A DNA stretch of 64,000 nucleotides. Origin: Tubulanus polymorphus. Lineage: Eukaryota > Animalia > Nemertea. Below are positions 1 to 64,000 of this stretch, in pieces. How positions within the stretch are numbered: the first letter of the stretch is position 1; each line of letters starts with the position of its first letter. The position numbers and the translations under genes are program-made. The notes below the pieces were generated by a model that ran no database searches, was not told the origin of the DNA, and saw only the letters and a program-made list of their open reading frames with translations. The stretch lies in the NCBI RefSeq assembly GCF_964204645.1, contig NC_134034.1:11730962-11794961 (forward strand). The letters run 5' to 3'.

Positions 1-558
1 AAGGCGCTGAATAGTAAATTAAATAAAGCAAATATAAATGTGGATGCAAGAGGTTATTGCCGTTTTACCAGAAGATAGGAAATGAACTCTATAGGAAACG
101 AACTAACAACATCGTGGCAAAATTGATCAATGTTATCCAAGCACGAAACCTTTACATTTGAATATGGTTGATATACCAGAAGGTTTAGTCTAGAGATTAG
201 AGTAAGGTCGTCGGATAGCATTTCGTCCTTGTATACATTTCATCAAACAGGAAAAGATTTATTCGGGTCACAAAACACATGAACATAGAATGCGAGGTTT
301 ATTTTTATTGTGATGTGCTTCATGTTTGGTTCAACACATTTCGACAATGTGTTTTACAAAGTGCTTCTTCGTGTTGAAAGTTTTGTTTTTTTCTAATTGA
401 AGTGTATATTCCTGAAATGAAATAAGCAATTCGAATGTGAAAAAACTGGACGATGTCAATGCAAATGAACTAGTGCAACACAATAATTGCGATTGCAATT
501 TGAAATTATGTTTTAAATATTAGTGAATCATTTACTGCGTGATTATGAATATGATTAC

Positions 559-63295
<62,737 letters not shown>

Positions 63296-63436
63296 CTAGA
63301 GGTGTTGATAAGACCGATTATGAGATAGTTTGTGAGCTTATTCTTTATGTCAAGTGCCGTTTAAACTTTGTTTTAACTATGAATTTTGTAATTTGATCGT
63401 ATTTTCCATTTTTGTGAATCAGGTCGATAAGATTTG

Positions 63437-63817
63437 TACGGAAGCCCCTAGGTGACATACGAGAAAGTTTTTTCACAATTTCTGGTGTTCATAATAAGTC
63501 GAATTTCGACATAATAAGTCGAATTTCGTGTTAATTAAGTCGAATTTTGACTTAATAAGTCGAAATTCGACATAACAAGTCGAATTTCGTGTTAATCAAG
63601 TCGAATTTCGAGTTAATTAAGTCGAATTTCGAGTTTTATTTTCATGTCGAATTTGGACTTATTAAGTCGAAATTCGACTTGATTAACACGAAATTCGACT
63701 TATTAAGTCGAAATTCGACTTAATTAACACGAAATTCGACTTATTAAGTCGAAATTCGACTTAATAAGTCGAAATTATGAAAAAAATTATCTCATATGTC
63801 ACCTAGGGGCTTCCGTA
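63437..63817. mobile_element. Non-autonomous DNA transposon (MITE) with TACGG..CCGTA termini, 6-bp TSD and internal inverted ~20-bp minisatellite; IS3EU-like by termini and TSD
   Basis: TIRs TACGGAAGCCCCTAGGTGACATA / TATGTCACCTAGGGGCTTCCGTA; GATTTG at 63431-63436 and 63818-63823; AAGTCGAA(A/T)TTCG repeats. Confidence 0.85.
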
Positions 63818-64000
63818 GATTTGAGCATGAATTCGGAAAAAGATTAATCGAACTAAATTAACCTGAAACAACCACTCAAATTAACAACCGAATTCATCTC
63901 GAAGTGGAGAATAAGGTTATGGCAAATTGGATTCAGATCCACTAAGTTGATTCCAGTTGACCGTGCCATCGAGACAAATTAGTAACGAACTGTGGAACCG

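Noticed and set aside
69-88. Possible AG/GT-bounded mini-exon
   Set aside because: 20 nt, not frame-preserving and not mucin-like.

Overview
Animal (invertebrate-type, AT-rich, short-intron) genomic DNA. Nearly the whole window is the interior of one giant minus-strand mucin-like gene. I traced 64 GT-AG-bounded exons by hand between 63295 and 559. Their lengths sum to 39,414 nt and their splice phases are mutually compatible, giving about 13,100 aa, with no start or stop codon in the window. The protein alternates long Thr/Pro/Gly tandem-repeat (PTS) tracts with 15 copies of a ~135-155 aa two-cysteine F5/8 type C (discoidin)-like domain. It also has a central TIL/VWC-like cysteine-rich island (15067-22544) and a duplicated 10-Cys cassette. 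53 of the 64 exons are symmetric phase 1-1 cassettes, including 15-45 nt micro-exons and an array of 11 exon+intron units (23216-24930). The introns contain a TSD-flanked ~99-bp inverted repeat with a minimal Penelope-type hammerhead ribozyme (37240-37485), a decayed CR1/L2-group LINE, a TAC..GTA MITE with a 6-bp TSD, possible tRNA-SINE remnants and a long (TA)n. The long plus-strand V/G/P ORFs and the shifted-frame ORFs are shadows of the repeats. All exon calls and domain names are manual predictions; no database search was run.
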